A DNA stretch of 57,949 nucleotides, the filler included, from Sphacelaria rigidula (lineage: Eukaryota), in the NCBI GenBank assembly GCA_964200075.2. It is 4 parts of 4 records of this genome, joined end to end, with 100 filler letters (N's around TTAATTAATTAA, not from the genome) between each part and the next. Parts side by side here need not be neighbours in the genome. Positions count along the whole stretch, not along the records: positions 1 to 14,415 come from CAXNAA020002264.1; positions 14,516 to 28,928 come from CAXNAA020002265.1; 2 more parts are not named here. The stretch is one strand, 5' to 3'. The position numbers and the translations under genes are program-made. Under the pieces are notes generated by a model, which ran no database searches, was not told the DNA's origin, and worked only from the letters and a program-made list of their open reading frames with translations. Position 1 is the first letter of the stretch. The number at the start of each line of letters is the position of its first letter. Of this stretch, positions 1-15,121 are shown piece by piece.

Positions 1-869
1 TTTTCCTTATTTCGTGTTTGTTTTTGGTTTTTCTTGGGTACGTCTATCATGAGACCACAGCTGGACCCCGGAGGGGTCAGTTAAACTGCGACAATCAATC
101 AATGAATCAACATATATATATATGTATATATGCTTTTATACGCAGTTCCGATGAGCAATGTATTGCCGGCGGGTATATGCCGATCTGCTCTTTTTTCGAC
201 GTTGTGTTCGTCCAATATATACATTCACGCACTCGGTCATGGACGCGTTGCAGGGGCGATACTCATCAAACATCAACCTACCTAGGGTGTAAAATATTCG
301 GAAGATCGGCCAGAATTACGATACCACGAAGTCAGCTGCAAAACTTCGAGCCAGGTCTTCACTGCTTGTGGTACATATTCATGCCCTGATACATCCACAA
401 ATATGCATTCACGAGAAGCTGAGAAGGACAAGAAACCCAGCGTGATTTCACGTGAAGGCTCGAGTCCTACTGCCTGCGTCGGGGTCCCTCCCTTGTTGAA
501 CTCTCGAGAACAGTTCTAGCCATTTCTCAGCCTGCCGTTGTTCTCACTCATCTCTCTTCCTTCTTTTGTTTTCAGCTTCGGTTCGCTCCTTCATTCTTTC
601 ACAGTTTTCCCCTTCTTCAGGTTTCCTGTAGCGAGTTTTTTTCCCGTATACTCAACTCGGGTACGCCCACCTCTTGACCACGACTGTCGTGAATCAGTGA
701 GAACGAGTACTAATTGGCCAATCGGTCAATCGGGCACGGTGCGTCGCTTCCACCCCTCGCAGCGAAATCAGGCCGAAAAACTGAACCCACACGATTGCTG
801 CTGAAGCAATGATGAACTTTCATGTAGCAGAGAGCAAATAACGTGGGACGAAACTCACGAAGCCACTCA

Positions 870-1442
<573 letters not shown>

Positions 1443-2389
1443 TCATTCGCGAACAAAGTCCCCTCGTACAGTTCGCTAGGTATGCGACAAAAACAGATAC
1501 TGTCACAATTGGCTAGAGGTACCATGCGGCATGTCGGCAACCCCATTCTGGAATTTTGAATTATCGAACTCTATCCAACCTACCCCGCAGAGAAAGCACG
1601 ACCCCATGGCGACTTCACATTGCACAATATGCAAAGGGAAAAAAATAATCAGCATTTCCAATTTTTTTCCGAAAAAAATGAAATTCATTGCTGCCAGAGC
1701 CTCATAGCTCAAATGCTTGAAATACTTGTCTGTCAGTGCTCAGAAAGCTTTCAATGATTTGGTTCATTGATTGATTGATTGATTGTCACACTTCAACTGA
1801 AGTTTCATCAATACGAGCCTCCCAGCCCTCTAGACCGCTCTCAGCGAAATTTCGTCGCCAAATTCTCATTTCGCCCCCGTTTTTTTTCCATGTTCGCGCT
1901 CAAGTGGCAGCGCATCAATTTTCCGGCACCATTCCAATATTGTTTTGGAGTTTTCCCCCTGTTGAGTCTTTTTTGGGGTGTCTCCACATATGTCCCGACC
2001 TTTCACTCTTCCATGGGACACATCTCCTCATCTTTTACGGCACATCTCTCCTATGCGGCGGGGTGTGTTTCGTCTACTTTCGCTTCGCACACACTATCGC
2101 ACACACCACCACTCTACCGTTGCTGTTTTCCGATACTACTACACAGGGCGTCCGGTATGTCTTTACTTGATGCTCCTCTATACATCGTCCCGGGACCGAT
2201 GGTCACTTCTCTGAACCCTTAGACCGCGAGGATGGGTCATGTGTAGAATCAGCACCACCTTCACCTACATATCCGGTTTCCTCCTAACACAGAAGCTCTT
2301 GAGAGTACAATAGTGCGACTTATGTACTGCGCCAAGTTGGCAGAGGGTTTTAGTGGGTCAGACCCCCACATTGCCTTGAGCGAAGCTTG

Positions 2390-2594
2390 CAAGGGTAGGT
2401 CGAGTAGAGTATACTCAATTGCGGGGTATTTTGAAAGACGTAGTTGGAGTACTCAAGTTCATGTAGAGTGTTAGGAGTCGTACCCAAAAAATAGCTGGGA
2501 AGCGATTCCTAAAATTCTACCCCCACTTTGTGTACGTAACGTACGACTTTCGACATACCCCGCAATTGAGTATACTCTACTCGACCTACTCTTG
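2390..2594. mobile_element. hAT-like MITE in helicase intron
   Basis: About 40-bp TIRs (CAAGGGTAGGTCGAGTAGAGTATACTCAATTGCGGGGTAT at 2390-2429; complement at 2555-2594, one mismatch) flanked by perfect 8-bp TSD GAAGCTTG (2382-2389, 2595-2602). Confidence 0.85.
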
Positions 2595-5489
2595 GAAGCT
2601 TGCGAACGCTCGAGGCGCCTACCCCGCATGCAGTGTAGCCACGCCTACGGGTAACCGGCGCACGAATCCGCTTGCGGGGTGAGTGTTGGGTCAGGCTTCC
2701 TCCTTCCTTCAACAACAACGACAACAAAATCGGTTTCCTCCGGTCTATCTTGGTCGTCCCAGAGTGGGTGATCAGCGTCTGACTAGTGATCATTCTTGCG
2801 AGCGAAGATGATCCCATTTCAACACATGACCCACCGGGGCGATCAAAGGGTGAAGAACTACATGTACGGTTCTCTCGCGGGTGTCCGGTTCCCTCGTGGG
2901 TGTCATTTTTGAATGGGATGTAATTTCTCATATTTTTTCACCGGTCCATTATCCGCAGCGTGGTTCCTCTGTCGAAATGTGTGCTGTATTTTCGTCCCAC
3001 CACTGTATCCTCTTTTGCACGGGGGTTGGCAGAGGGAGGGGTGATCCGTTGAACCAGCATTAGTCGCGCTTGATAGACATTCAACCCGTTTTTCGTCCGA
3101 ATGGGTCATTCGCTGAATCGTCATCGCTTTCTGCTTGGAAAATAACCGCGATACCCGGATCGCCCACCCTGGCGGCTGACCGCGTGAGCGCCCGTGGCCT
3201 GCGGCGGCTCTTTACCGTCCCGTGGAAGATGACGATATCGTAGACGAGGAAGGCCATAGCAACACGTCGACTCGGTGAAACGGATTTCGCGTGCGTTTTT
3301 TCCCGACCAATGAGATCGCAGCGGCCTAACATGGTCCAAGTGGGAGGTTCTACTGTAGTCTAGCTTGGTGTGTTGTGCTACGCTCACGGCGAACAGGATG
3401 CCTACGTCCTGTCCTGTCCATGTCCATATCCCGCTAGCGCTGCCGTTGACGCTTACAGCAGTGGACATGTATATACTATTCACATCCCGGACAATAGATT
3501 ACTCTGTAAAAAAAAAGTCTTCTGCATACAGTATCAAATCTACGGTCTACCGAAAAAAAATGAACGCAATAGTCGATACTGTACGCACTACACTTTTTGA
3601 CAATATGAGCTGTTGTGTGGGGTGTGATGCGGATGCAAAGCAGCTACTGGTGATGTGCAAGCATTATCAGGAGAGGACACGATCTATGAGCTGTGTGGCA
3701 ATGGCTAAGCGTCCCCGGATCCCCTTCTTTACACGAAGGCGTTGTCTCTTACCGCCAAAACGACGAATCCGGACCCCCGGCGGAGAAAAAAAAAAAAAAA
3801 GCGGCCTGCTGACGTATGGGCGCTAGAGAGGCTCAAGGGTTAAACTATCTACATATTCTACTCGCCCTTGGCAGTTTTCGAGATGTCAGGGCTACGAGCG
3901 CTGTGTGCACGACAAAAGACACGGGCGTTTTTCTTTAGGGTGCCAACGCCGTGTTGTCTTCACCTGATAGGGATGGGTGGCGTGTTTTACTTGTTTCTTC
4001 GAGGGTACGACACGGACATGTATGGGTTCTCACTTTAAAAACGATCTGAAATAACAAGTGATATTATATATGTTGAACGAAATAACACGAATATATATAT
4101 GTATATATATATATATGAGAAAGCCACGCTACTTACCACGAGCTGAGGGCAGAAACGCGGCGGGTTGCGATATGCGATGTGCGGAGAACCTACACTCGAT
4201 ATCAGCGCACGTAAGCGTTCTTCTTCACCATCGCCCGCCTGTATAACTAATGCCTTTATACACGCGGTCATTTTTCTTTGTTTTTCTCCTTGAAGGAAGG
4301 TCGTCGTTTTTTCCCCGAAGGCAGGAGGAAACGTCACCCAACATTTACCCCGTAACCGGGTTCGTGCGCCGATTACCCGAAGGCTCAGCTAGGCCGCCTC
4401 GCGGCTGTTATGTGGGGTAGGCGCCTCAGGCATTGGGACGCTTTGCTCAGGGTAAGGGTGGGGGGTCGAACTCACCAACCCCCCCTCCCCCCGTCAATTC
4501 GGCGTAGTGCACGCGCGTCCCTACTCTTACGAGCTGCGGCCCTAGGGAATCAAATACTATATATTGCTACTATCTCATGTTTTGATGCGATATCATATGA
4601 AATAGTGGGATTCATCACATTTCTTCGCGGGTGGTCTATTGATTGTCACACATCGATATCACACGAGCTGGGCCAGCTGTCAGTGATTTTTGAACCAAGA
4701 GTGGAGATGCCATTGGTAATTCGAAGAGTTACGCGCTGAAACTTTGACACGACATTTTGATCATCAACCCGCGCAACCCTGTTGGGGGTCGAGCAAGTCG
4801 AAGTTCAGCGAAAACAGTAAAAATGCTATAACTTCCTTTGAAATTGATAAAACGACGACAACGTTGCAACACATACGGGCACTCGCGTCAACGACATTCT
4901 GCTAAAGTTTCGGCAAAAAATACCTCAAATTGGGCGCGGAATCGCACTTTTCGTGTGACACGGCCGCGCCCTTTCAATTCAAATGATACAGGAGACTCCA
5001 ATCGTGGAGGTCAGGAGTTCGAATCCCAACAGATTCTCTCTTTTTTTCCGTCCGTCGTTAAGGTTAAATATTATACAATACAACTTTTCTCGTTTTTTTT
5101 CTTCATTTAACGGCGGTGCCGTGTGTCACCAGGTTGGTCTGCACTTTACAGCGATGTGCTCAAGTCGCGCTGGTTTGGAAAACTTGAGAAGTTGTGGTGT
5201 GGGAAGCGAATGCGCGGTTTACTGTTGGCCCAGCTCGTATGATCAATCGCTTGTTTACACTGTGGACAATGGACACAATAATAGTACATTGCTTGAGCAA
5301 GATACACGGGGAAAGATCTATCGATGTATATTATCGAACACGATAGATGGTGAAAGACATCTATTGAGATGTATTGCAAGAGACAATAGATGTTGCGATA
5401 GTCGATCGATAGTTCATGGCGATTACAGTAGATGAAGATCACTCGTCATTGATGGACATAGTCTACCGCAATAGATTCTGAGTTGTATA

Positions 5490-5760
5490 TATCGATAGCC
5501 ATTGCCGTAATCAACATGTTTGGTAAGATATCCATCGATAGTCATTGCCGTTATCAATAGGTTTGGTGAGCCATCCATCGATAGTCATTGCAGTCATCAA
5601 TGAATTAGGTGAGCCATCTATCAATACCTATTAACGCTATCAATAGATTTCGTCAGCTGCCTATCGGTAGCCTCTGCCGCCAACAATGATTTTTTTGGTA
5701 TCCACCAATATGGGCATTGCCGTCAACAATCGGTTGTTCTCGGAGCACCTATCGGTAGCC
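5490..5760. repeat. Degenerate ~43-bp tandem repeat
   Basis: Recurrent CCATCGATAGTCATTGCCG..ATCAAT unit, about 6 diverging copies. Confidence 0.65.
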
Positions 5761-6489
5761 AATGTATGAGTATATGGTCAGTACAAGAGCACAGTGCAGT
5801 GACGTGAACCAAGCAGCAGCCCAAGGCCTCTACACTGCTACTGCTGTACGACAACCCCGTGCTAAACGCCCGCGTATTCGCGAGGGTCTCGTTTCGCAAG
5901 CACAACCAAAAAACAAGTCGTACGGTATTTGAGAGCATGTGTATCGGCGGAAATCCTCTCGTATGTTGAGTGTTTTTTCCTACATTTGAAAACCCAGTAG
6001 ATTACAGTTCACCAACAAGCACTGCGGTCCACGCGATTGACGTACCGTCGAAACGTTCTTACAGTGATGCCGCGTCCCGATGATCAGCGAGAGCCCAAAC
6101 CGAATTATCACCTCAACTACCGAACTACCGTCTGTGGGAGGCGTCGCTCATAATACGACGCCTATGTACACATCCGCCGAGGCCGATTCATCTTCCACCC
6201 CCGAATTCTGACGGCTCCAATTCACATCGTTCCCTCCAATGGCATGCAACACAAGATATCTCAAAGCGGTGGCGTTGCCCTTAGAAATTCCCATGTGCAC
6301 ACGGCACGGATGGTGACCTCTCTCGACAAAAAATCAAAAGTATGAAATGATCTTGGGGTTGCGAACCCTTACCCCCTATTTGACGTGTCGATAACCCACC
6401 CCTGGTGTTTCTACCAAAGCATAACCGAGTAGATAATGGAAAAAGGGTTGTGATACGTGCCGCAAAAAGCTATTCATGTCTCAACTCAC

Positions 6490-6608
6490 CCCTGCTGTGT
6501 GCTGACCCCGCTCCAGCCCACCCCTCCACCGCATATCCCCGCCTCGTACAGAAACTGCGGTATTTGGGTTGACTTTCCGCTACCGGTTTCGCCCACGACC
6601 ACCACGGT
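6490..6608 (-). CDS. DEAH-box RNA helicase, exon 2 (Walker A)
   Basis: [24 protein letters not shown]. Acceptor TCCAG before 6608, donor GTGAGT at 6489-6484, phase 2. Joins exon 1 in frame. Confidence 0.92.
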
Positions 6609-9600
6609 CTGGATGAAGACAAATGCAGCGCGTAGTGTGTGAAGCACGTGTGGTTTAAATAAGGTCATGACACGGCAACAAAGGTTGGCAGATCATTTCA
6701 TGTGTTCGGTGAGTATACTGTTGCTTGCCGGGGATACATGCTAGTGTGACGGGTCCACGTGACGAATATCGGGATTTTGCCTACGTGCAATTTCAAGTCA
6801 ATGCAATGAGCCAAAAGGGCGCGTCTACAGTGTATCATGCCGTAGCACACAGCGCGAATACCCTAATCAACACCAGGATGGTTGTAAGCTTCTGAAAGGC
6901 TTCGTGCCAGGGGGTTTGGCGTCACGTCGAGAGGTCCCCGAAGCATCTGCTCACAGGATGTAGGACACCCTTGGTTGCGCGAAGCACCGCTTCTGCTGCT
7001 GAACAGCAAGCGTGATACTTCGGCGGCGGAATGCAACCGTATTTCCATGGAATAATGCCCAAATTTCTTTAAAGGCTATGCTTGAAGCTCCATGCGAGAT
7101 GTGTGTTTGCGGGTGCGAAGGAGAATACCGACATCACTAAACCAAACCCCCCAAAATCACTTTCGACGTGATGGACTTTGACTGTAATGCGTATTTCGAT
7201 TATGCCAAAGCACAAGGCAGCAATTTCACGCGTTGGCGTTCAGACGCCTCGCGTTGCAGACAGCTCAACCTTCTGGTACTGAGCACCTCTACACCGACGA
7301 ATTCCATTTGACGCTTTCGGTGCAGGTATGGTTGATATTTTCGTGTCTTTTTTTATCCAATATTTTTGCCGAGGAACTAGGTTGTCAGACCCACGCACGC
7401 GTGGGAAACATTTGGAAGCGGTGCGTATGATTCATCACCTTGCTGTCTCTCATAAGCGCACACCAGTGCAATGTACGTCAGCAGACAGGTACAAAATAGT
7501 CACCAGCCTCACGTCACCCAGTGGTCTCGTTCAAGCGTATATATACCCACCGTCATTAGCACCCGGCAACAGCCTTGCACGCATTGTACTGCGGTAATGC
7601 TGGTCCTTCGGTACCCTCTTGTACCCTCGTACATCCCGCCGCCGTGAGCTGGATCAAACAAAAAATGATAGGACAAACACACCCTTTTCTTTCATGCTGA
7701 TTTGTTGCCAGCTGTCGCCGACAGCTCTTTCATCTCTTCACCGGGGATGCAATAGACGACACGACCAATAGCATGGGTGTAGACTATGGGATACACGTAA
7801 CCTCGTACTACGGCAATCACCGTCAAAAGCTAAGATCACTTTCAGGATGCAGTGCGCAAACACTCATTCGACTCCCAGAATGAGCACCATGCATTTGAAC
7901 CCGACATCGGTCCGGCATAAACCAAACATTGACTGTGTGTTGTTGACGTAGCTGATGGTGCTGAGCGTGCGAAGAGCACAGCACAGCACAGCCGCTCGCG
8001 ACCCATTTTCACGTGCAAAGAGGCCACGGCGGATACAAGAGAGTATGCTCGGGGCGCGTTACCAGCCAAGACAGAACAACACTTTGCTCATATGTTCATC
8101 GCCACCAAGCATCGTGCACAGCATAGCGCAGCGCAGCGGGGGCGGTTGCGATTTGGCATGCCATGGTACATGACGTGATCGTGCGGAGGGTCGCATCAAA
8201 CGTGCTGGACTAAGGACCAAGACCCTGATAACGCCCATGCGCCAGTGGGTCGCTCATGTGGGCTTCTTGTACCGGGGGTTTGGAGTCGTTGTTCCTGGTG
8301 GAGAGGCGACATTATCATGGAAAAGAATGTTGCGACGTATACTACGCAACGCGTCGTATATCTTCTTACGTGAGCTTTGGCCAGCGGCATTGCCGTCTCA
8401 GGACGATCGTAACTTTTCAAGAGCACACTGCTGCAGTCAAAGTCGGGCCAACAAAATTACATGCAGTAGGTCAGAACACACGTAGCCGATGTCAAGCAGC
8501 TGAACGGCGTGGCGCATTGAGTGGGGATGTACGTGATGTAGGCGGTGCGTGTGGGTGTGATGGAGTACTGTTTCGATTTTGTGTCTTGTACGGGAGAAAA
8601 CGCCAGTCTCACCCTGCAATCCTATTGGTGAAAATAGAAAATGTGCGAATTTGTCTTGACGCCCAAACGGCCTTCTAGCGGCCATCTACATCTCCACTAT
8701 TGTCATCCTCTAAATTGTGGTGGGAATGTCAGAGGTCAGGTGCTCGGTGCAGACCGCCGCGGGGGCTCAAGGGCATAACGCCAGTGATATGGACGATTTG
8801 TACATTCGGTAGTTCAAACTACTGCTGACACTTTGTGTACATTATTTAAATTGGACTCTTCACCCCGAGCACGCTGTTGTTGGACGGAAGCTGACCCGAC
8901 CGCAGTGGGCTGCCTGATTAGTACAGACTGGTCCTACCGCTTGAGGGGAGTAAGTGCCTCCGCGGCAAACTGTCCGAGAAAAAGCGAAACATAGGACAAA
9001 ACCCCCGGTATCTGCTACCGTGCACCCCTCCCTCCCCCGGAGTGTGCGGCGTGGTCTGATACTTCAGGCGCCTTCATCATTGTGCATCATGCCCGTCGGA
9101 TCTGGTACGCCTTGTGGCTGCAGTTAACGCAACAGTCAACATGACCGAGTTTTTGCTCAGTCATCCTGAACTTTGTTGAGCGCGTTTCTCACACCACGGC
9201 GAGAATAACACCTGTTTTGACACCCGACTCTTCGTCATTTGACAGCAATGCCCGAAACAGAAATTGTGGCACGCGCCTACAACAATTTATGAGGTCTGCA
9301 AGCCCTTGGGAATGTACATATCTTGGGCTCCCCATCCGATATTCGAGAGTACGGTCCTGAAATTGTCGAGGAAAGGTGCGCATCGATCACTTGAATACCA
9401 CCATCGCTCACGCCTTCTCCCTTTCTTTTTTCTGGGTGGTTTTCATGTCGAGACAAGGGCGGGGTTCTTTCGGGGCATTTCAGTCAAATAGATCGAACTT
9501 CAAAGTAAAAAGCACACACGTCAGCAACTATGCCCTTCGAACGGTCCATGTGCACCTCTGCTGGAAACTTGCGGTGTTCAACACGTGAAACCTCGAGTGA

Positions 9601-10996
9601 GGAATCGCTGGAGACACTAACCCTCAAGTAGTGGGACCAGCGTGTATGCGCATCTGATACGGCTGCAAATACTTGCTTCGCCCTTTTTCCGCAACCGTGG
9701 GCATCTGTCAGTGGCGGAGCGTCTGACCCGGGGATGGAAGAGGAAAGTTCTCAAGGGGTTACCCGTTGACCGCTAGGGTAGGTCATCCATGTCTTACAAT
9801 TAATTGGTCTAGTAGGTAGTCACGGCTACGCCAATGGAATATGGTGCCATCGCAACTAATACAGTACTGTTACTTGGGAAGAGTTGACTGTCAGTTGGAA
9901 GAGCGTCAGTCGCGGCTGTTAACTGACTGTTCTGAAATAAATGTTCGACTCCAAAACTCTTCAATAAACTTAGTAGGAAAAAGTACTGATGCCTGTGTGC
10001 TGAGATCTGTCTATGGAGCGGACACTAGTCACTGTCGCATTCCTATGCGATGATTGATGAGGAGCAGACTCTGCTACGCCACCTCTTCTTTTCCCACGCA
10101 GTACCACTGATGTGCCATACGTAACACTAGGCGCGCAGAGGGCGCCACCCGGCACACCACTGTCTGCAGTGGACAGGGATGACACACAGATCGTGCGTGC
10201 CGTCATTATTGCTCCTGTCGTCGATAAGAATGAACCGTACTGCGAGTACTGCGTCTAAAGGCATGCAGCCCAGTACGGCACAGCTGCAGTACAGACAGTA
10301 CGCCATAGTGGAGGTGAGGCAGCGTGACACAGATATGCAGCGTAACGTCAAAGTATACTGGAGGCGTACCAGCACGGCCGCGACGATACCAAGAATGGGA
10401 AATCAGGGGGCATACAGTATGTTGTTTGAGTATACGGGAGCAGTACAAGGAGTGAGCGTGCACCGCTTGCAGTGATTTAGGGTCAAATGAACTGGTAAAA
10501 TATCATAAAACTACCAGGGACTCGCTTCTCAAAACCGGTCAGGTCGAGGTTCCCCAGCACATTTTCCTTCCAATTACTGATCATCATTTGTCGCACTTTG
10601 AACCCCTCCTCTTCCTCGGGACGAGTCCGTGGTTTCAAGGGATCAACCTATCTCTCTCCAGTATTTCTTACAGATGCTTAACATCCAACTTGTCATACTG
10701 ATGGGTGTATTGTTGGGGCAAATAGCTTGTGTTCCGGACCCAGAATGTGGAAAACAGTACAAGGGCGATCTGAGGTGATCTTGGGAGGGGGTCGCAAGTC
10801 AAGGGTTCTCCAAAAAATGTTTTGAAACGATGATGCTGATTTATCACATGACCTACCCTGGCAGTTGGAGGGCGAAAAAACTGTCTTGTGTAGATTCCTG
10901 ACTACCGCTGCTAGCTAACAGCGGCAAACCGTTAGCTAGCTCCCGATCATGTTGATATTTCTCAAACATATTGAGTCACGGAAGATCGGGCCGCAC

Positions 10997-11848
10997 CTGA
11001 TGCTCCTTGACCGCGCGGACGATGGCCGCCTTGTGCGCATAGATGGGTAGTCCTCTTCGCTGTTCCCGGTACTTCCTCGGAAGACGTCCTTCCCGCACGA
11101 AGGGGGTGCTGCTATCGCCTATGTCACCCTTCACGGGGGTATCACCTTCCTTCTCCGTGCAGTCCTGGCTCACAGAAGCCGAAGACGCAGCTGGTGCACT
11201 GCTGGCAGTTCCGCCACCGCCGGCGACTGCAGGAGCCTCCAACTCAGTTGCGTTCAAATCAGGCTTTTGAATACGGAGTGAAGGTTCGGACACGTCGCGA
11301 TCTTGCTTGTTTTTCTTGTTTTTCTTCTTCTTCCTCCTGACCGGAGAGACCTCCTCTGCGTGCAGCACATCACCGGCCCGGTCGTCGGAAATCGAAACTC
11401 CCTGGGACAACAAGCTATGCCGACTTCCTGCAGTCGGCGGTGAAAGCACGCCCACGCCCGGTGGCTGGGCGGCGGGTTCCACCTCGATACTGCCGGAACG
11501 ATGCCGGGCCAAGACCAGGCTTTCGCGCTTCACCACAACACCTTCATCTAAATCATCACCATCCGCACCGCCGTTCATATTCGAGCTAGAAACACCTAAA
11601 TCCACATCGGGACCTGATAATCCCTTGTTGTCGTCGTTGCTGTTTTTAGCTCCCCCTCCCGGGTCCTCGCTGCTTGCTGAGTTTAAAGCACTGCCACCTT
11701 TCCGCTCCTGCTCATGATGACGCCTCCGTTTTTTGCGTTTTTTTCCGCCGCCGCTACCGCCTGCTGTCTCATTTCCGAGCCTAGCGATGCCTGGTTCGAC
11801 AGAAACTGGTGATGGGGGCGTCGATACGATGTCTTCTCCTGTCGACAT
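10997..11848 (-). CDS. DEAH-box RNA helicase (DHX33/Dhr2- or Prp22-like), exon 1
   Basis: ATG at 11848. Low-complexity N-terminus with basic tracts (KKRKKRRR, RRKKKKNKKNK) ending in QRRGLPIYAHKAAIVRAVKEHQ, the typical DEAH segment before motif I. Donor GTGCGG at 10996-10991, phase 0. Confidence 0.88.
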
Positions 11849-14415
11849 CGTCCCTGACAGTGACCAAACGTTCTGGTACCGTGAGCTTGTTTGTGGTGTG
11901 AGCCACCGTTCGGCCGGTGCAGACAGTGTCCGACAGTCCCGGCCAGAACAACTTCAAAACAAGAACGCCTCCTGACAGTCCCGCTCTCCTCCCCCCTCGT
12001 ACGATCTTCACACACTCCACGACATCTGCGAACGTGCAAGGGTGAACAGTGGATTCTGCCAAAATGGCCCCAAGGATGAAAAATGCACCATCACCATTGA
12101 CAGCAGTATTCGGAGATGCACAGTTTGGCACGGTGAGCTTCAACAGCGGAGATGATGAAGGCAAATGCAAAGCGGTGGATCAAGAAGGGCAAACAGAGGA
12201 GATCCAAGTCAACCACGGCAACACTCAGACGCGTAGCATCGCCGTCGCAGAGGTAGGTGCAGCTTCCGCCGGAGCGTTGATGCGTATTCTGGAAAGAGAT
12301 ATCAGGAATTCTGCCAACATGATGTAGGTGGAAGTATACAGTAGTAAAAAAGCAGCAGGAAAACGAGGCTTCTCTACTGTTGTACTGGTCAGGTATGAGG
12401 ATATTATGAGCTCCTTCCTCACCCTCTGCAGTATAACTGCGAGGCACACCCACGGTAGTCCAGGCCACGCTTTGAGATTTGAGATTTCCTATTTCAACAC
12501 ATCGTCAAACTCACTAACAACGCAATACTTGGCAGATGATGTAAAATAATATGTAAACAACATTGGTGAAGTTGGATTTGGGCGGGGGGTGTATGATGGC
12601 GCAGAGAAAGAAAAAACAGCCGTCTCCGGGGGGGGGTGTTTTCTACCGTGAATTAGCGGTGATGCCCATCCTTTTGGTCTATACGGTGCAAATTTCAAAG
12701 CTTTTGGATGACAAGACAGTATTTTTGGAGCATTTAGAATGTTGAAAGGGAAAAAAAAACTTGAAATGATTTTTTTCCCCGGGAATTATTGATCGCATTC
12801 CTCTGCCTCCAGAACATGATAACACGGGTGCTATCTACCGTTTTCGCCTGTCATACACGGATGGCGATAGATCTGAACACACAGATGCATCGTTGGAACG
12901 TGTAGACAATGAGTTATCCATCCCCAAACCCTCGCTTCTGCCTACTAACCGGGGGTGAAATCGCGCTATCCCCCTCCCAAACACGATGGGAGTCTTCTAT
13001 TTGCATATTGTGTTCGCCAGATATTGGGGCATTTACACACGAATGGCAATGCTCCTGAACACGCGGGAGGTATCGTTAGCACCTACTCACCCCATATCAT
13101 TCCTTTGTGTTCTCTTATTCCATCCCATTTCCCGGGGATGAAATCAGCTCATCCCCTCCCGGAACAATCTCAGCGGGAAGGGGGTCTTATCCGACGTTTG
13201 AGCTATTTGCGCCCGGACAACAATTGACCTGATCATTAGAACTTCAACGATATGTATCCTACAATCTACCCTTACTACTTATAGCTCCCGTATTCTTGAT
13301 GGGATTACAGACCCCCCGGATAGGATATTGTTCCATCTCCTCCCCAAGTACGTGCTGGGATCATCATCCACCTTCAGGACCTATTAAACACGAATGCCGA
13401 TGCCTCTGAACACGCCAGTGGTCACTAGAATGTGTGCGTCCTGCTAGTGATTTGAGATTACCCTTCCCCCCCTCGCCGACGACAAACACTCTCACCTTGA
13501 GAGCTGTTGTTTGACGAGTTGGTCGTTTGCGGGCCGACTACACTATAATTTTGAACGCATGACAAGTATCGTCAAAACTCGACGCCCATACTATGTACAC
13601 TCAGGATAATCAGGAGCACCACCGCTTGTTTGCAACAGGAAAAAACGGTAGGTACCACCCCCGGGGGCGGCTACCCTCCTTTCCCTGAGAAACCTACAGG
13701 CCCAACCTCCACAGGATACATCACCCATGCATGATAGACGTTTTCTATACAGTTGTACGTGCCTTGCACTAAATTTTCGACTCTCGATGAGGTCTTGAAT
13801 GTACTTAGACAGCCGAATCAACGGCGGGGGAACATTTGTCCGCGAGTTGTTCTAAATTCAAATGAACTGATCAGGGCCCGTTGGTACAAGCGCTGAAACT
13901 TCACCTGGCGTTTGCGAAGCCGGACTTGATCCCCACTAATTCGATAGCGAAGGTGTGATTTCCAGGTTGCTTTTTTCTCTAACGTATCTCGAGCACCCCC
14001 GAAGTGGCAATGTCGGGTCACACTGGTCATTTTCCAGTAAAACAAAGGCTAGTCTTGTAAAAGCCGCCTCGGAGTCGACGCCTTCACCAAGTTTCCAGCC
14101 GAAACATGTTTTGTTCGTTGAGTCAACTTAGAAATTGAGCCCGCGGGACTTCGCCTTCGATTGCCATGAAAGTGCAGTACGACTAAACGATTAGCAAATA
14201 ACTCGGAAATCAAAAGAACTGTCGCGCAACTATTAACCCTTTTGGGATCGGGCCTCCAGAACGACCAATAGGCTGGTCAGGAATGACGTGTCTAGCGTCT
14301 AAACGAAACAATGAAGTGTTGCTGAAAACCCGCGTATGTAACTGCAGGATTATGACGAAGACCGATAGTTCCATCTAGTCTGTTTTCAGGTGCAAGGTGC
14401 GGATTAGGTGGTGTA

Positions 14416-14515
14416 NNNNNNNNNNNNNNNNNNNNNNNNNNNNNNNNNNNNNNNNNNNNTTAATTAATTAANNNNNNNNNNNNNNNNNNNNNNNNNNNNN
14501 NNNNNNNNNNNNNNN
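14416..14515. other. Artificial contig linker
   Basis: N44 + TTAATTAATTAA (stop in all six frames) + N44. Confidence 0.98.
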
Positions 14516-15121
14516 TCTTGGGCCGGCCGGAGACCTACTCCCCCCCCCCCCCCCCCCCCCCCCTCTCCCCCGAGGGTTCTTTCCTATTTTTTTCGTTCAC
14601 GAATCAGAGACTGGCCCCACCTCGGTAGTTTAATTCCCTATTTTAACGTTGTGGTCGTCAAATCATTGTGCTGCATTCGACAACCTCTATATTTTACGTC
14701 AACTTTCAGCTTTGATGTTTTGCGCCCATGTGCAAGGGTTTGCGGAGACAATCTTTCGTCTCGACCCCCACACATTGTTCCGGCCAACGCTTGTTGGTCG
14801 TTGTTGAGGTGCACATCCCGAGGCTCCGAAACAAACTGAATTATAAGTGGAGATGGACAGATAGCGAAACAACGGGGCAAAAAGCCTGCATATAGAGAAA
14901 AAAAGAGGTGCAGGGGTGAGGGTGTAGACCCGCCGAAAGAGTGTTCGGAACAACTGAAAAGTGAAGGCCATTCTCTCCCCCAGAACTAGGCCACTGCAAA
15001 ACGAGTGACCCTCAATTTAGAAGCAAAACGACAGAAACAAAAACGCTTCCTGGACTCCAATTGTTTTCATTCGACCCTCTCCCTTCCCATCGCATGCGCA
15101 TGCAACATCACGCGCCTGCAG

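Noticed and set aside
4990-5035. tRNA gene (GGAGTTCGAATCCC B-box-like)
   Set aside because: No convincing acceptor stem or D-arm; at most a SINE relic.
14460-14471. TTAATTAATTAA as a biological motif (also at 28973 and 43485)
   Set aside because: Centred in identical N-padded linkers; an artificial six-frame stop.
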